Shown here in pieces: positions 18,392-28,500 of a DNA stretch of 32,000 bases. Under the pieces are notes generated by a model. The model did no database searches. It was not told where the DNA came from and worked only from the letters and a program-made list of their open reading frames with translations. The position numbers and the translations under genes are program-made. Origin of the DNA: Candidatus Thorarchaeota archaeon (GTDB taxonomy: Archaea; Asgardarchaeota; Heimdallarchaeia; Hodarchaeales; Hodarchaeaceae); contig JBHLRO010000022.1 of NCBI GenBank assembly GCA_048882505.1, positions 1 to 32,000 of the forward strand, written 5' to 3'. Within the stretch, counting starts at the first letter, position 1. Each line of letters begins with the position of its first letter.

Positions 18392-18734
18392 GCTTTTGGC
18401 TCCCGTTAATGTCCCATTGTTTGTGCGAATGTTAAATCAGCACAGATTCAGTTCCTTCTAAGTCTTTTTCTTCGGGTTCCAGATCATAATGGATAACTTC
18501 GATTTGGAATGCTCATAGTGTCCTCTTCCATTGGATTCTCTTATTCGAGAATAATGATTCATTTGAAGGAGGAAATTGACATTTTGTCGGTTTAGGAAAT
18601 GAGATGAACCTATAATGGCATTTTTGCACTGAATATGACAAATAGCTTTCGACAGACCTTCATTCATTAAAATACGGATTTTTCGCAAGCACATTCTTAA
18701 TCCTTCTACAAAAAAAAAACGTGGTGTAAATAAA

Positions 18735-19172
18735 ATGGTACGGATAGTTCCCTATTTAACCGTAAAAAATGGCAAGCAGGCTATCGAGCTGTATAAAACG
18801 ATCTTTAACGCTAGACTAGTAGATCATGAGGCATTTTCCCCTGAGACAACAGCTGACTTTAGCCTTCCTAAAGATTTTGATTATGCGAATTCTACGATGC
18901 ATGCTGAATTAGACATTGGAGGGTCAGCCATTTTCTTATCTGATAATGTTGGACCTCCTTTCGAGTCATCCACTCAACTAGTAGAAATTGTTCTGGACAT
19001 CGACACCAAAGAGGAAATTGAATTTATTTACGCAAAAGTCCAAGAAAGTGGGTGTAAGATTAAGATGGAGTTACAACAGACTTTTTGGGGGGCAATATAT
19101 GCACGATTCTCTGATCCTTTTGGAATCGGTTGGCAATTGAATTATGATTTACCTTCCGAAGAGTCTAAGTAA
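18735..19172 (+). CDS. VOC/glyoxalase superfamily protein, PhnB-like
   Basis: PYLTV...AIELYKTIF, MHAELDIGG..IFLSD, MELQQTFWGAIYARFSDPFGIGWQLN. Confidence 0.9.
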   Translation: MVRIVPYLTVKNGKQAIELYKTIFNARLVDHEAFSPETTADFSLPKDFDYANSTMHAELDIGGSAIFLSDNVGPPFESSTQLVEIVLDIDTKEEIEFIYAKVQESGCKIKMELQQTFWGAIYARFSDPFGIGWQLNYDLPSEESK

Positions 19173-19527
19173 TCCTGATACTTCTATCCAAAAGATATAT
19201 TCACCTCTTCCTTTTCAGTTTCCTTTTGTTTGGTATGTTGAATCACTAGCTAGGAAAAAATTGGCTCGCATATCACAAGGTACGATTGTACAGTAGTGAT
19301 TGGAATTAATGCTTGGATTTATGGTAATCTTTTACAGCTGTTTTCGTAAGTAAAGGTTTGAGAAGTTATCTTCCACCTTGCCATCAATAATCCTCAGTAA
19401 TCTATATCGGTGGAAATCCCGCTTTAGCCACTTATACAGAATATCTGATTACTTAGGTGAAATCAAACAGATCATTATCAGTTGATTCGTGGTTCTGGGT
19501 AGAAAGAAATCTGTAAAGTGGAAAATC

Positions 19528-20787
19528 ATGGTAAAGCGAATTAGTCTTTCGAAATTGCAGCAATCGCTGAAGCAAAATACGCAGGTCATCCTACTGGATG
19601 TCCGAACCTATCAGGAATATCGAACTGGACACATCCCTGGAGCAAAATCTGTTCCATTACACGAAATTAATCGAAATGCAAGAGATCTACCTCAAGATAG
19701 GGAAATTGTGGTTTATTGCCAAAATGGACCGTGTTCAATGTCGATGAAGGCCGCTGTCGAACTAAAAAAGCTTGGATTTCAAAATATAACTAAGCTCGAA
19801 GGTGGATATGATGAATGGAACATTAACGGGTATCCTATCGAAAGCGACCAGAAACAGCTTCCTATTTCTCGTGCTCTGTCGTATAGACCGATTGATGCCC
19901 CTAATTTAGATGCTGTAAGAAACCTCCAACAATCATCATCGAAGGAATTCATCCCCTCTGACCGCATTACAGAGTTTCTTGAAGAGCTTTCTCCAATCCA
20001 TACGTTTGAATATTCTCATATCAAACGAAAAGATTCCAAATTATCGCTCGGATATGAAATCAAAACAGTAGATGATATAAACGCCATCTATCTAATGGTT
20101 AATCCCGATCCACGTAATATTGCAACGGTTCCGGGGAATAGCTTGGTTATTTCGCATCATAAGATTAGCTGTTACGATAATTGGATATATGCGGGAATGC
20201 TTGACCAAGCACGAGACAATCGGTTTAATATTTATAACTTTCATTTGGCTTGGGATACGATGATAGACGGTATTGGGGATTCTTTTTTGCTCCATCTTGA
20301 GATTCCGAGAGAGCAGATCCGAAAAGTTGACCTGACTTACAAAGGAGTTAACATCCCAAGATTAGGATCAATTCTAGAATCCAATATCTCTCTAGAAGAA
20401 CTCATAACGCGTATGAATGCATTAAATGTAAATCCTTCGGTCATTGTGAATCCTCAATGCCAAAACGCAACGATCGGGTACATACCCGGCGGTGGATTTG
20501 TAGACAAAATGATTATTCAAATGGCCGAATATGGGGTCGATGTCCTGATTAGTAGCGATCCAAACTGGGTTGTTGAAATCATTGCACGAGAGCTTGGTAT
20601 GACCCTAGTAGTTATTGACCATTATAAGAGCGAACGATACGGATTACAGTCAATGCAACAAATCCTGACCGAAGCCTTTCATAAGATCCCTACAATCATT
20701 CTAGAAAATTTAGATTCTATTCAATGTCCTCCCGACGATTGTCCCTGTTGTGTTGAAGGGCAGCTCCAAAGCGTGCCTATAAAATAG
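19528..20787 (+). CDS. Rhodanese domain fused to a Nif3/DUF34-like dinuclear metal-binding domain, with a Cys-rich tail
   Basis: LLDVRTYQEYRTGHIPGA, VVYCQNGPC, LEGGYDEW (rhodanese). FLEELSP, LVISHH, FHLAWD, DVLISSD, IDHYKSE (Nif3). Tail CPPDDCPCC. ATG 19528 is in frame with the ORF-track start at 19489. Confidence 0.82.
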   Translation: MVKRISLSKLQQSLKQNTQVILLDVRTYQEYRTGHIPGAKSVPLHEINRNARDLPQDREIVVYCQNGPCSMSMKAAVELKKLGFQNITKLEGGYDEWNINGYPIESDQKQLPISRALSYRPIDAPNLDAVRNLQQSSSKEFIPSDRITEFLEELSPIHTFEYSHIKRKDSKLSLGYEIKTVDDINAIYLMVNPDPRNIATVPGNSLVISHHKISCYDNWIYAGMLDQARDNRFNIYNFHLAWDTMIDGIGDSFLLHLEIPREQIRKVDLTYKGVNIPRLGSILESNISLEELITRMNALNVNPSVIVNPQCQNATIGYIPGGGFVDKMIIQMAEYGVDVLISSDPNWVVEIIARELGMTLVVIDHYKSERYGLQSMQQILTEAFHKIPTIILENLDSIQCPPDDCPCCVEGQLQSVPIK

Positions 20788-20846
20788 CAGGGGTTTTGGG
20801 ATCATTGATCCCAGAAGGAGCTCACCTGGCTCTATTGACTGCGAAC

Positions 20847-21368
20847 TTAATCCCTATAATGTTCGTGCAAGATTTCAAGCGTTTTCTCATGGGATAACTT
20901 CAAGACATCAATTAGATCGCAAAACTTCGTAATGACTGCCGCCAATTCTTGATTACGAGTGTTTTTATCTCCTGGGATGCTCTCAGCTATCTTGAGGAGA
21001 TCTGCCTTGAGAGAAGCGTCTTGGGCCATAGTCTGTTTGGTTCTATCAATTGTTAATGCCCTGAAACTCCCTTTTACAAAGTATTTTCTTTCGGCTCTGG
21101 CATTTTCATTGTTCTCCAACGTGTATGTACAAAATTGCTGTTCTAGGAGAAGATCAAGTACCCGTGAAATGGAACTTTTCGATTTTCCTATCAATGAGGC
21201 AATTTCCTTTTGGGATAACCCTCTTTCTGGTGAAGGGGCTCTCAAGAATAAAAGACCAAACACTTGGCCCAACGTTTCAGATCTACCCTTTAATTCATAA
21301 AACCTGCTGAATGAATTTATGAAATCTTTCTCGTTATGGTTTAGTTCATTGTATTCGATCAATTCCAT
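20847..21368 (-). CDS. GbsR/MarR-family transcriptional regulator
   Basis: GRSETLGQVFGLLFL...GLSQKEIASLIGKSKSSISRVLDLL...ERKYF wHTH pattern. Confidence 0.85.
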   Translation of the reverse strand: MELIEYNELNHNEKDFINSFSRFYELKGRSETLGQVFGLLFLRAPSPERGLSQKEIASLIGKSKSSISRVLDLLLEQQFCTYTLENNENARAERKYFVKGSFRALTIDRTKQTMAQDASLKADLLKIAESIPGDKNTRNQELAAVITKFCDLIDVLKLSHEKTLEILHEHYRD

Positions 21369-21510
21369 AAGTAATCCCTAGTAATTCTGACTTCCACACG
21401 CTTCCAGGTCGATATTATTAGGTAATAACGCAAACAGAATCTTTTTAAACTTTTTCAATATCGAGAAACTGAGTTGCATCTTTCCAATAATAAGTTTCAT
21501 CATCCTGAAA

Positions 21511-21522
21511 TTCTTATAAGAA
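21511..21522. promoter_or_regulatory. Perfect 12-bp palindrome TTCTTATAAGAA containing a TATA-like box upstream of the flavodoxin gene
   Basis: Read directly; ends 20 bp before ATG 21542. A second palindrome TTATTA-GG-TAATAA lies at 21415-21428. Confidence 0.4.
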
Positions 21523-21541
21523 ACGCGTCATGTGATCAAAA

Positions 21542-22156
21542 ATGGATCAACCTGAGATCCTGATAGCATATGGGAGTCGATATGGATGTACGGAAGAAAT
21601 TTCAACTAAAATAGCTGACTTTCTGCAAAAAAAAGAACAGCTACCGATCAGAGTTTTGAATCTCAGAACCACACCTAAGGAGTCTTGGCCAACCCTTGAT
21701 GATTATCAGGGATTATTACTTGGGACTGGGATCCGAGTTGGAAAGTGGACAAAGGAAGCCGAATCTTTTCTTAGCAGGATCAAAAGCTCATTTTTTACCG
21801 AAAAAGGTGTCATTGGGATTTTCGTTACCTGTGGTTATGCTGCGGATGCGGTACACTATCCAATCGCCATACGAATCTTCCTAGAGAAAAAATTTAATGA
21901 CTTGGCGATTCAACCCGATATCTACGAAGCCTTTGGAGGGATTTTCGATTTTTCAGCATCCTCACGGATACCACTGATTGACAAACAAATTTTGAAGTGG
22001 GGGTCCCGCGATCTGCATTTAAAGATTGATTATGCCAAATATAATGACTATCGAAATTGGGGACGCATTTACGATTTCAGTCGTTCTTTTGCAGAATTGG
22101 CAAGGAAGAACATAGCCAAACCGAACCAAAAGCACTCGAGTGTTCCTTCCAATTAG
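21542..22156 (+). CDS. Flavodoxin-domain protein (HemG/Flavodoxin_5-like)
   Basis: ILIAYGSRYGCTEEI FMN loop, LLLGTGIRVGKW, AFGG, DYRNW..I..F. Confidence 0.87.
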   Translation: MDQPEILIAYGSRYGCTEEISTKIADFLQKKEQLPIRVLNLRTTPKESWPTLDDYQGLLLGTGIRVGKWTKEAESFLSRIKSSFFTEKGVIGIFVTCGYAADAVHYPIAIRIFLEKKFNDLAIQPDIYEAFGGIFDFSASSRIPLIDKQILKWGSRDLHLKIDYAKYNDYRNWGRIYDFSRSFAELARKNIAKPNQKHSSVPSN

Positions 22157-22420
22157 CTCAGCTAGATTTCTGAGTATTTTTCTTGAATCCTGCTCTATTT
22201 GCTCTCCATAAATACAGTTGTTTTAGTTTTAAAGCAAGCTGTCTGTCGATCAAGTTCATTCCTTACTCGGTACACCCGCTTGTAAGATTACCGAACACAT
22301 CGCTATACCAGGTGGGATTGTTCCTGCAACGTTTGCGGAACTTGATTTATTGTAAAGCTATATTTTCTACAGGATTTTAGAACAAAACGGGCCTTGAGTC
22401 CCATACTATACTCTAGTTAT

Positions 22421-22429
22421 AAAAAAAAA
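22421..22429 (-). terminator. Oligo-T (T9 on the minus strand) candidate archaeal-type terminator of the suf operon
   Basis: A9 on the + strand about 30 nt downstream of the nfu stop codon. Confidence 0.45.
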
Positions 22430-22460
22430 GAGGATCTATCCCCTGCTTAAACTGTGGAAC

Positions 22461-22730
22461 CTAAATCGTAACTGGAGTGATAGAAACCACTTCAGGGATT
22501 ACCGCTTTAAGACGCTCAAGAATCCCTCTCTGAAGGGTGATCGATTGTATCCCACACCCTATACATGCTCCTTCCATGTACACCTGAACGTCTCCGGTTC
22601 CCTCGTCGAAATTGACGAAGGTGATCCCACCACCGTGCATTCTTAGATATGCACTCATATCCTCTAAGACACGTTCAATTTTTTCGTCCATAGGAAGTTC
22701 TTCAAATGGTATTTCTGGTTTTGTGCTCAT
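22461..22730 (-). CDS. nfu: Nfu/NifU C-terminal domain Fe-S carrier
   Basis: YLRMHGGGI..V...VYMEGACIGC (CxxC)...TLQRGI. Confidence 0.92.
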   Translation of the reverse strand: MSTKPEIPFEELPMDEKIERVLEDMSAYLRMHGGGITFVNFDEGTGDVQVYMEGACIGCGIQSITLQRGILERLKAVIPEVVSITPVTI

Positions 22731-22767
22731 GATATTTCATTTCCTTTATTTGTAATGTCCTATTGAA

Positions 22768-23544
22768 TCAAGCAACGGCAAATTTTTCCACGTAAGGTTC
22801 ATAACCTTTGTCTTCTAGCTGTAAAGCCAGTTCTGGCCCTCCTGATTTTACGATACGCCCATCGACAAATACATGCACATAATCAGGTTTAATCCATTCC
22901 AATATACGTTGATAATGCGTAATAATAAGAACACCGACGCCTTCCTCCTCTCTAAGTTTATTTACCCCGTAGGCGACCACCTTAAGAGCGTCAATGTCTA
23001 GTCCGGAATCGGGTTCATCTAGGATCGCAATTTCAGGTTTCAGGAGTAGCATCTGAAGAATTTCATTTTTCTTCCGCTCTCCGCCGCTGAAGCCTTCATT
23101 CACATAACGATTTATGAATCCAGAACTCATATCAAGCTCTTTTAAAACGCGTCTCGTCTCCTTGATCATTTTTGGAGCTGAAGGTGCTTTTCCCGTCCTT
23201 CCCTTAATGGCCGCTAACAAGAAGCTCAATGTGTTCAAACCACTAATTGCATGGGGATGTTGAAATCCAAGATATAAGCCAAGGTTTGCGCGTTCATCTG
23301 TTGATAGCTCCAAGAGATCTTTTCCCTTATACGTAAGAGAACCCTGGGTCACCTCGTATTTTGGATGGCCCATTATCGTCAGTGCGAGCGTACTTTTGCC
23401 CGATCCGTTGGGTCCCATCATCGCATGGGTTTCGCCTCTCTGTACTTTGAGGTTCAGCCCCTTAATAATTTTTTTCCCTTCTACAGAAACGTGAAGGTCC
23501 TTAATCTCTAAAAAGATATCTTCTGACATTTTGATTTCGTCCAT
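22768..23544 (-). CDS. sufC: Fe-S cluster assembly ATPase SufC
   Basis: MGPNGSGKST, RYVNEGFSGGERKKNEILQM, ILDEPDSGLDIDAL, THYQRIL. Confidence 0.97.
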   Translation of the reverse strand: MDEIKMSEDIFLEIKDLHVSVEGKKIIKGLNLKVQRGETHAMMGPNGSGKSTLALTIMGHPKYEVTQGSLTYKGKDLLELSTDERANLGLYLGFQHPHAISGLNTLSFLLAAIKGRTGKAPSAPKMIKETRRVLKELDMSSGFINRYVNEGFSGGERKKNEILQMLLLKPEIAILDEPDSGLDIDALKVVAYGVNKLREEEGVGVLIITHYQRILEWIKPDYVHVFVDGRIVKSGGPELALQLEDKGYEPYVEKFAVA

Positions 23545-23553
23545 ATTACAATA

Positions 23554-23976
23554 TTATGTTCCATTCTTTTCTTTTAATGCAGTTAAAGCTCCATCCCTGC
23601 CAAATTCATGATACAGATTAACACCAGCTTGAACGACTTTAAGACCCAAGATAGCACACTTTGTTCGTGTTGGTGTGATTTTGATACCAAGCAGATCCAA
23701 CATGAAATTACTATCTAAGTCTCGTATTTCCTCTAAAGTCATCTCTTCCAAAGTTTCTGCTAAAATGTCCGCAGAAGCTAACGAAATGGTGCAGCCCCGG
23801 CCATCGTACGAGACTTCTTCGACGGTATGATCTTGGCCTAAGCGAATATAGAACGTAATTTTGTCACCACACGAAATGTTTTCGTCACCATGGGCAATAT
23901 CGGGATTTTCAAGAGTACCTCGGTACTGTGGATTCTTGAACCGATCTATTATGATCTGCCGATACATTTGACTCAT
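23554..23976 (-). CDS. sufU: SufU/IscU-family scaffold or sulfur-transfer protein
   Basis: NISCGDKI, GRGCTISLASA, PTRTKCA: all three conserved Cys are present. Confidence 0.92.
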   Translation of the reverse strand: MSQMYRQIIIDRFKNPQYRGTLENPDIAHGDENISCGDKITFYIRLGQDHTVEEVSYDGRGCTISLASADILAETLEEMTLEEIRDLDSNFMLDLLGIKITPTRTKCAILGLKVVQAGVNLYHEFGRDGALTALKEKNGT

Positions 23977-23995
23977 TTGACGTTTTTCTCCATCG

Positions 23996-25258
23996 TTAGA
24001 GGTCGAAGAGTTCCTTAACTTCGTTTAGTCCTTCTACTAAGCGATCAATGTCTGCACGGGAATTATATATATAGAAGCTCGCTCTTGTAGTTGCTGCCAA
24101 ATCCATACAGGCCAATAGGGGATGAGCACAATGCTGTCCAGCTCGGACACAAATCCCGTGTTCATCAAGGATCGAAGCGACATCGTGGCTATGAACATCT
24201 TTAACGTTGAACGATACCACGCCAGCTCTCCTAACAGGAGGAGGACCATATGATTCAATGAAATCAAGTTCTGCAAATCTATTCAGGCAATAATTTAAGA
24301 GGTCTTGTTCAATCTTATGAACTCGTTCCATTCCTAAGCCTTTAAGATAATCGATCGCAGCTCCGAATCCAATTCCACCTGCAATATTAGTTGTTCCAGC
24401 TTCAAATTTCCATGGTAGTTCATTCCACTTAGACTGATCTACCGTTACAGATGAAATCATATCACCCCCATAAAGAAAGGGCGGTATTGCTTCAAGGATA
24501 TCCCTTTTTCCGTATAATGCTCCAACCCCAGTAGGTCCTAGCATTTTATGAGCTGAAAAGGCAAAAAAATCGGCATCTAGATCCTTAACGTTAAGCTTTA
24601 TGTGGGGGGCGCTTTGCGCACCGTCAACTACTGACACTGCTGCGTGATCATGCGCAAGTTTTACCAATTCCTTTACGGGAGTAATCGTACCAAGAACATT
24701 GCTGACATGAGTAATTGCAAGTATCTTGGTTTTATCCGTGATCAGGCGTTCTGCTTCACTTAATTCAATTTCGCCATATTCATTAACAGGTATTACCTTG
24801 AAATTGGCTCCCGTTAATTTACAGAGCTGTTGCCAAGGTACAAAATTGCTATGATGTTCCAAGTGGCTAACAACAATCTCATCCTTCCTAGTGACATTAT
24901 TCATGCCATACGAATACATGACTAGGTTGAGGGATTCTGTTGTATTTCGGGTAAAGACTACTTCTTCAAAATCTGCGTTGATAAAGTCTGCAACCTTTTT
25001 ATGAGCACCCTCATATTCGATTGTCGAACGTTCGCTAATTTCATAAATTCCTCGGTGAATGTTGGCATTATATTCTGCATAGTAGGCATGAACAGCCTCA
25101 ATAACTTGACGGGGCCGTTGTGAACTTGCCGCGCTGTCCAGATAGACCAGGCGTTTGCCATTCCTGCGTGCATTCTTTAGAAGAGGAAAATCATCCAGGA
25201 TACCATTATGGAATTCTGAAGAATCCGATTCGTTGGTGGAATATTGAAGATCACTCAA
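23996..25258 (-). CDS. sufS: Group II cysteine desulfurase SufS
   Basis: YLDSAASSQRP, EHHSNFVPW, DGAQS, FSAHKMLGPTG (PLP Lys), FEAGT, VRAGQHCA (catalytic Cys). TTG start overlaps the Rieske gene by 8 nt. Confidence 0.96.
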   Translation of the reverse strand: MSDLQYSTNESDSSEFHNGILDDFPLLKNARRNGKRLVYLDSAASSQRPRQVIEAVHAYYAEYNANIHRGIYEISERSTIEYEGAHKKVADFINADFEEVVFTRNTTESLNLVMYSYGMNNVTRKDEIVVSHLEHHSNFVPWQQLCKLTGANFKVIPVNEYGEIELSEAERLITDKTKILAITHVSNVLGTITPVKELVKLAHDHAAVSVVDGAQSAPHIKLNVKDLDADFFAFSAHKMLGPTGVGALYGKRDILEAIPPFLYGGDMISSVTVDQSKWNELPWKFEAGTTNIAGGIGFGAAIDYLKGLGMERVHKIEQDLLNYCLNRFAELDFIESYGPPPVRRAGVVSFNVKDVHSHDVASILDEHGICVRAGQHCAHPLLACMDLAATTRASFYIYNSRADIDRLVEGLNEVKELFDL

Positions 25259-25601
25259 CTTTTAGAAACACCTCGTTGTTACGAACGATCACTGGATAAA
25301 CAGGCAACGGGTTTGTTGCAGGAGGCTGGATTACCTCGCCGGTCGTCATGTCAAAGGTCGCTAAATGGTTCTTGCATGTCACATATTCATCTTGAAATAT
25401 GCCTTGTTTGGTCAAATCCACTGCCTTATGGGTACAGAATGCAGATGTTGCATAAATCTGATTTTCGATCTTTCGAACCATGATCTTACTCTTAGCGTCA
25501 TCCACTAAGACCGAAATCACCTTACCATCTGAGAGGTCATCCACGGTACACACACGCACTTCCATTGGCTCAACCAATTGTTTTTGGCTTTCGAGTGTCA
25601 T
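25251..25601 (-). CDS. Rieske [2Fe-2S] ferredoxin
   Basis: CTH...CKNH Rieske ligand pattern. TAATG overlap with the sufD stop. Confidence 0.92.
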   Translation of the reverse strand: MTLESQKQLVEPMEVRVCTVDDLSDGKVISVLVDDAKSKIMVRKIENQIYATSAFCTHKAVDLTKQGIFQDEYVTCKNHLATFDMTTGEVIQPPATNPLPVYPVIVRNNEVFLKVE

Positions 25602-27013
25602 TATTCATCCATACTATAAAAAGCCCCATAGGTCTCTAGATCTTTCGATTGAGGTAACCCTTTGAATTGCCAGCCGTAAGTTCTTTCCTGGTGCCACTTT
25701 TCAAGGGCTACTTGCCGTATAAGGTGAGATATACGTTTTTCGCCAAACTTGGAAAAGATCGGTTCCAAATAGCTCAATAAAACCAATCTGCGTGCCCTAG
25801 ATTCCGGAATTCCGCGTGATAAAAGGTAAAAAATCTGTTCTTCATCCACCTGACTCACAGTTGCCGCATGAGCAGCCCGTACCTCGTTATTATCGATAGC
25901 TAAGGCCGGAACAGCATTAAATTGCCCCTTACCTTGTAACAATCCCTCCGCTTTAAGCCAAGAGTCGGCATTTTTTCCTTTAGCTTCGATATGAATCAAA
26001 CCTCGCAAGGTACTCTCTGCTCGATCCCGCATAATACAGCGAGCGTTGGTGGCCCCGATTGTGTTTTCGGCTTGGTGAGTAAGCTGGGATTTGATATCGA
26101 ATCGTTGGCGTTCGGTGCCGTGCATCGTGTATAAATCGTGTGCATCACACCCAGAAGCACTTAGAAACAACTCATTGGACATTCGCGTCAATGCACTTCC
26201 TTGAAGGTGACAAAGCGATTCAAACTTCCCATTCGGTTTAAAATCTACTCGCCTACTCGCAAAAAGGCTCCCTGATAATGCCAGATTTTGAATTTGCCCC
26301 ATCTTTACTTGCGTATTTGCTCCGACATGAACCTCTTCTACGAGACTCAGCAGATGCGGGGTTGTTACTCTCTGGTCGGAATAAAGTTCTTCGATTAAAC
26401 TGATTGAACTGTTAGATTCAGTGTAAATCAGAAGTTCGGAAAACATCCCAGCAGATGGCGCATCTTGAATCACCAGTCGCCTGATTGGGTTTTCCAAGAT
26501 AACATTTTTTGGGACATAAAGTAGAGTTCTATTCGTAGCCAGTGCGCCATTTAGAGCTGCAAGTTTATCGTCATGTTTTCCGTACAACCGTTTGTTTAAC
26601 AGCGGTGAAACTGTTTCAAGGCTATTTTTTATGGCTTCTTTGAGTTCGGTAAGAATTATTCCACTATCAAGAGCAGTTTTGGATAAATAAACTGTTTTAA
26701 CCCCAGAACTTGCCTCTATAATCAAAGCAGAGGTGTCTCGTTTCAAAATGGCTAATCTATGTTTAATTTCAGCGGGAATAGGCGTTGGTTTCAAGGATGG
26801 AATGGAAGGCCTCAATTGCGTGAAATCGAGCCCGGTAAATTTTGTGTATTTGTAGAATAGAGTATCTCTATCTACTGGCAAGCGTTGATAGGCCTTGAAT
26901 GCGTTCTTTCGGTACTGAAGGAAGGATTTTGGTTCGTCTCGACTCTCTGCGATAGAGAGGGGGGTCGTTCCATCTACTTCAGCCAATTGAATCTCTTGCA
27001 CTTGGCTGGACAT
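25601..27013 (-). CDS. sufD: Fe-S cluster assembly protein SufD
   Basis: SufBD beta-helix features, NAVPALAIDNNEVRAAHAATV, IFYLLSRGI. Follows sufB. Confidence 0.9.
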   Translation of the reverse strand: MSSQVQEIQLAEVDGTTPLSIAESRDEPKSFLQYRKNAFKAYQRLPVDRDTLFYKYTKFTGLDFTQLRPSIPSLKPTPIPAEIKHRLAILKRDTSALIIEASSGVKTVYLSKTALDSGIILTELKEAIKNSLETVSPLLNKRLYGKHDDKLAALNGALATNRTLLYVPKNVILENPIRRLVIQDAPSAGMFSELLIYTESNSSISLIEELYSDQRVTTPHLLSLVEEVHVGANTQVKMGQIQNLALSGSLFASRRVDFKPNGKFESLCHLQGSALTRMSNELFLSASGCDAHDLYTMHGTERQRFDIKSQLTHQAENTIGATNARCIMRDRAESTLRGLIHIEAKGKNADSWLKAEGLLQGKGQFNAVPALAIDNNEVRAAHAATVSQVDEEQIFYLLSRGIPESRARRLVLLSYLEPIFSKFGEKRISHLIRQVALEKWHQERTYGWQFKGLPQSKDLETYGAFYSMDE

Positions 27014-27026
27014 TGTTTCCCTGTCC

Positions 27027-28421
27027 TCACCCTACGCTACCTTCCATTTGAAGTTGAACCAGTCTGTTGAGTTCTACTGCGTAGTCCATTGGCAATTCTT
27101 TGACGAATGGCTCAAAGAATCCCATGACGATCATACTAAGGGCATCATTTTCATTTATGCCTCGCGACATAAGGTAGAAAAGCTGATCCTCGCCGATCTT
27201 ACCGACTGTTGCTTCGTGGCTAATGGTGGCATCCTCTCGATTGGTTTCGATATAGGGGAATGTATCAGAGGTACTCTCTTCATCTAGGAGTAGGGCGTCA
27301 CAAACGACGTTGGATGATATTTTTTTCGCCGTAGGGGATACTCTTACAAGACCCCGATAGGTAGTCTTTCCTGATCCTCGGGAAATGGACTTATTGATGA
27401 TTCGAGATTTAGTATCGGGTGCAAGATGGATCATCTTGGCCCCAGCATCTTGATGTTGACCTGTTCCTGCATAAGCCACAGAAATAACCTCGCCGCGGGC
27501 ACCCTGGCCCATCAAGTAAATAGAGGGATATTTCATTGTAAGCTTGCTACCGAGATTTCCGTCAATCCATTCTATGTGAGCGTTCTTGTACGCAAACCCA
27601 CGTTTCGTTACTAGATTATAGACGTTATTCGACCAATTCTGAATGGTGGTATATCGGATCCTGGCGTCTTCCATTGCAATCAATTCAACTACAGCAGAGT
27701 GTAACGAATCAGTACTGTAAACAGGGGCAGTACATCCCTCCACATAATGCACATCTGCGCCTTTTTCCGCAATGATCAGAGTCCGTTCAAATTGGCCAAC
27801 GTTTTTGGCATTAATGCGGAAATAAGCCTGGAGAGGAACATCTACCTTAGTATTGCGTGGCACTAGGATAAAAGAACCTCCGCTCCATACTGCACTGTTT
27901 AATGATGCAAATTTATTGTCGTCCTTGGGAACTACGGTTCCGAAGTATTCTAGGAACACGTCTTCATATTCCTTGAGCCCCGTGTCTGTGTCGAGGAACA
28001 CTACTCCGAGCTTTTCAAGGTCTTCACGTAGTTTATGATAGACAACTTCTGAATCATACTGTGCTCCAAGTCCCGCCAGAAATTTACGTTCGGCCTCAGG
28101 AACACCTAATTTATCGAATGTTGCCTTAATTGCATCGGGGACGTCATCCCAGGTTTTTTCGGCATGATCTGTATAGCGTACATAGTAGGTCAGATCATTA
28201 AAATCGATTTGTCCCAATTCGTCACCCCACCGCGGGAGGGGGGTGTCGGTGAAGTGTTTCAAGGATTCTAGCCGAAAATCGAGCATCCAACTCGGTTCAT
28301 TCTTAATGCGAGAGATTTCACGGACAACTTTTTCCGTTAATCCTCTCTCAGTTCGAAATATATCTTCCTCTGGATCAGCCCATCCAGCTGTGTACTCCTT
28401 TTCAGGAATGTCTTTATACAT
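27027..28421 (-). CDS. sufB: Fe-S cluster assembly protein SufB
   Basis: [69 protein letters not shown]. Confidence 0.97.
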   Translation of the reverse strand: MYKDIPEKEYTAGWADPEEDIFRTERGLTEKVVREISRIKNEPSWMLDFRLESLKHFTDTPLPRWGDELGQIDFNDLTYYVRYTDHAEKTWDDVPDAIKATFDKLGVPEAERKFLAGLGAQYDSEVVYHKLREDLEKLGVVFLDTDTGLKEYEDVFLEYFGTVVPKDDNKFASLNSAVWSGGSFILVPRNTKVDVPLQAYFRINAKNVGQFERTLIIAEKGADVHYVEGCTAPVYSTDSLHSAVVELIAMEDARIRYTTIQNWSNNVYNLVTKRGFAYKNAHIEWIDGNLGSKLTMKYPSIYLMGQGARGEVISVAYAGTGQHQDAGAKMIHLAPDTKSRIINKSISRGSGKTTYRGLVRVSPTAKKISSNVVCDALLLDEESTSDTFPYIETNREDATISHEATVGKIGEDQLFYLMSRGINENDALSMIVMGFFEPFVKELPMDYAVELNRLVQLQMEGSVG

Positions 28422-28500
28422 TTAATTAACCTTCTAAGACAGATAACTTTTTATTTTTTCGGAAGATAATGTATCTAACGAAATTTGTGCTTCCTCAACC

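Noticed and set aside
18458-18694. 78-aa minus-strand ORF (likewise 22183-22380 on the plus strand)
   Set aside because: Intergenic ORFs with no recognisable domain. Probably chance ORFs in promoter or terminator regions.
7459-18734. Mobile element boundaries around the MTase island
   Set aside because: No integrase, transposase, tRNA attachment site or flanking direct repeat was seen. I could not compute a GC or codon shift by eye.
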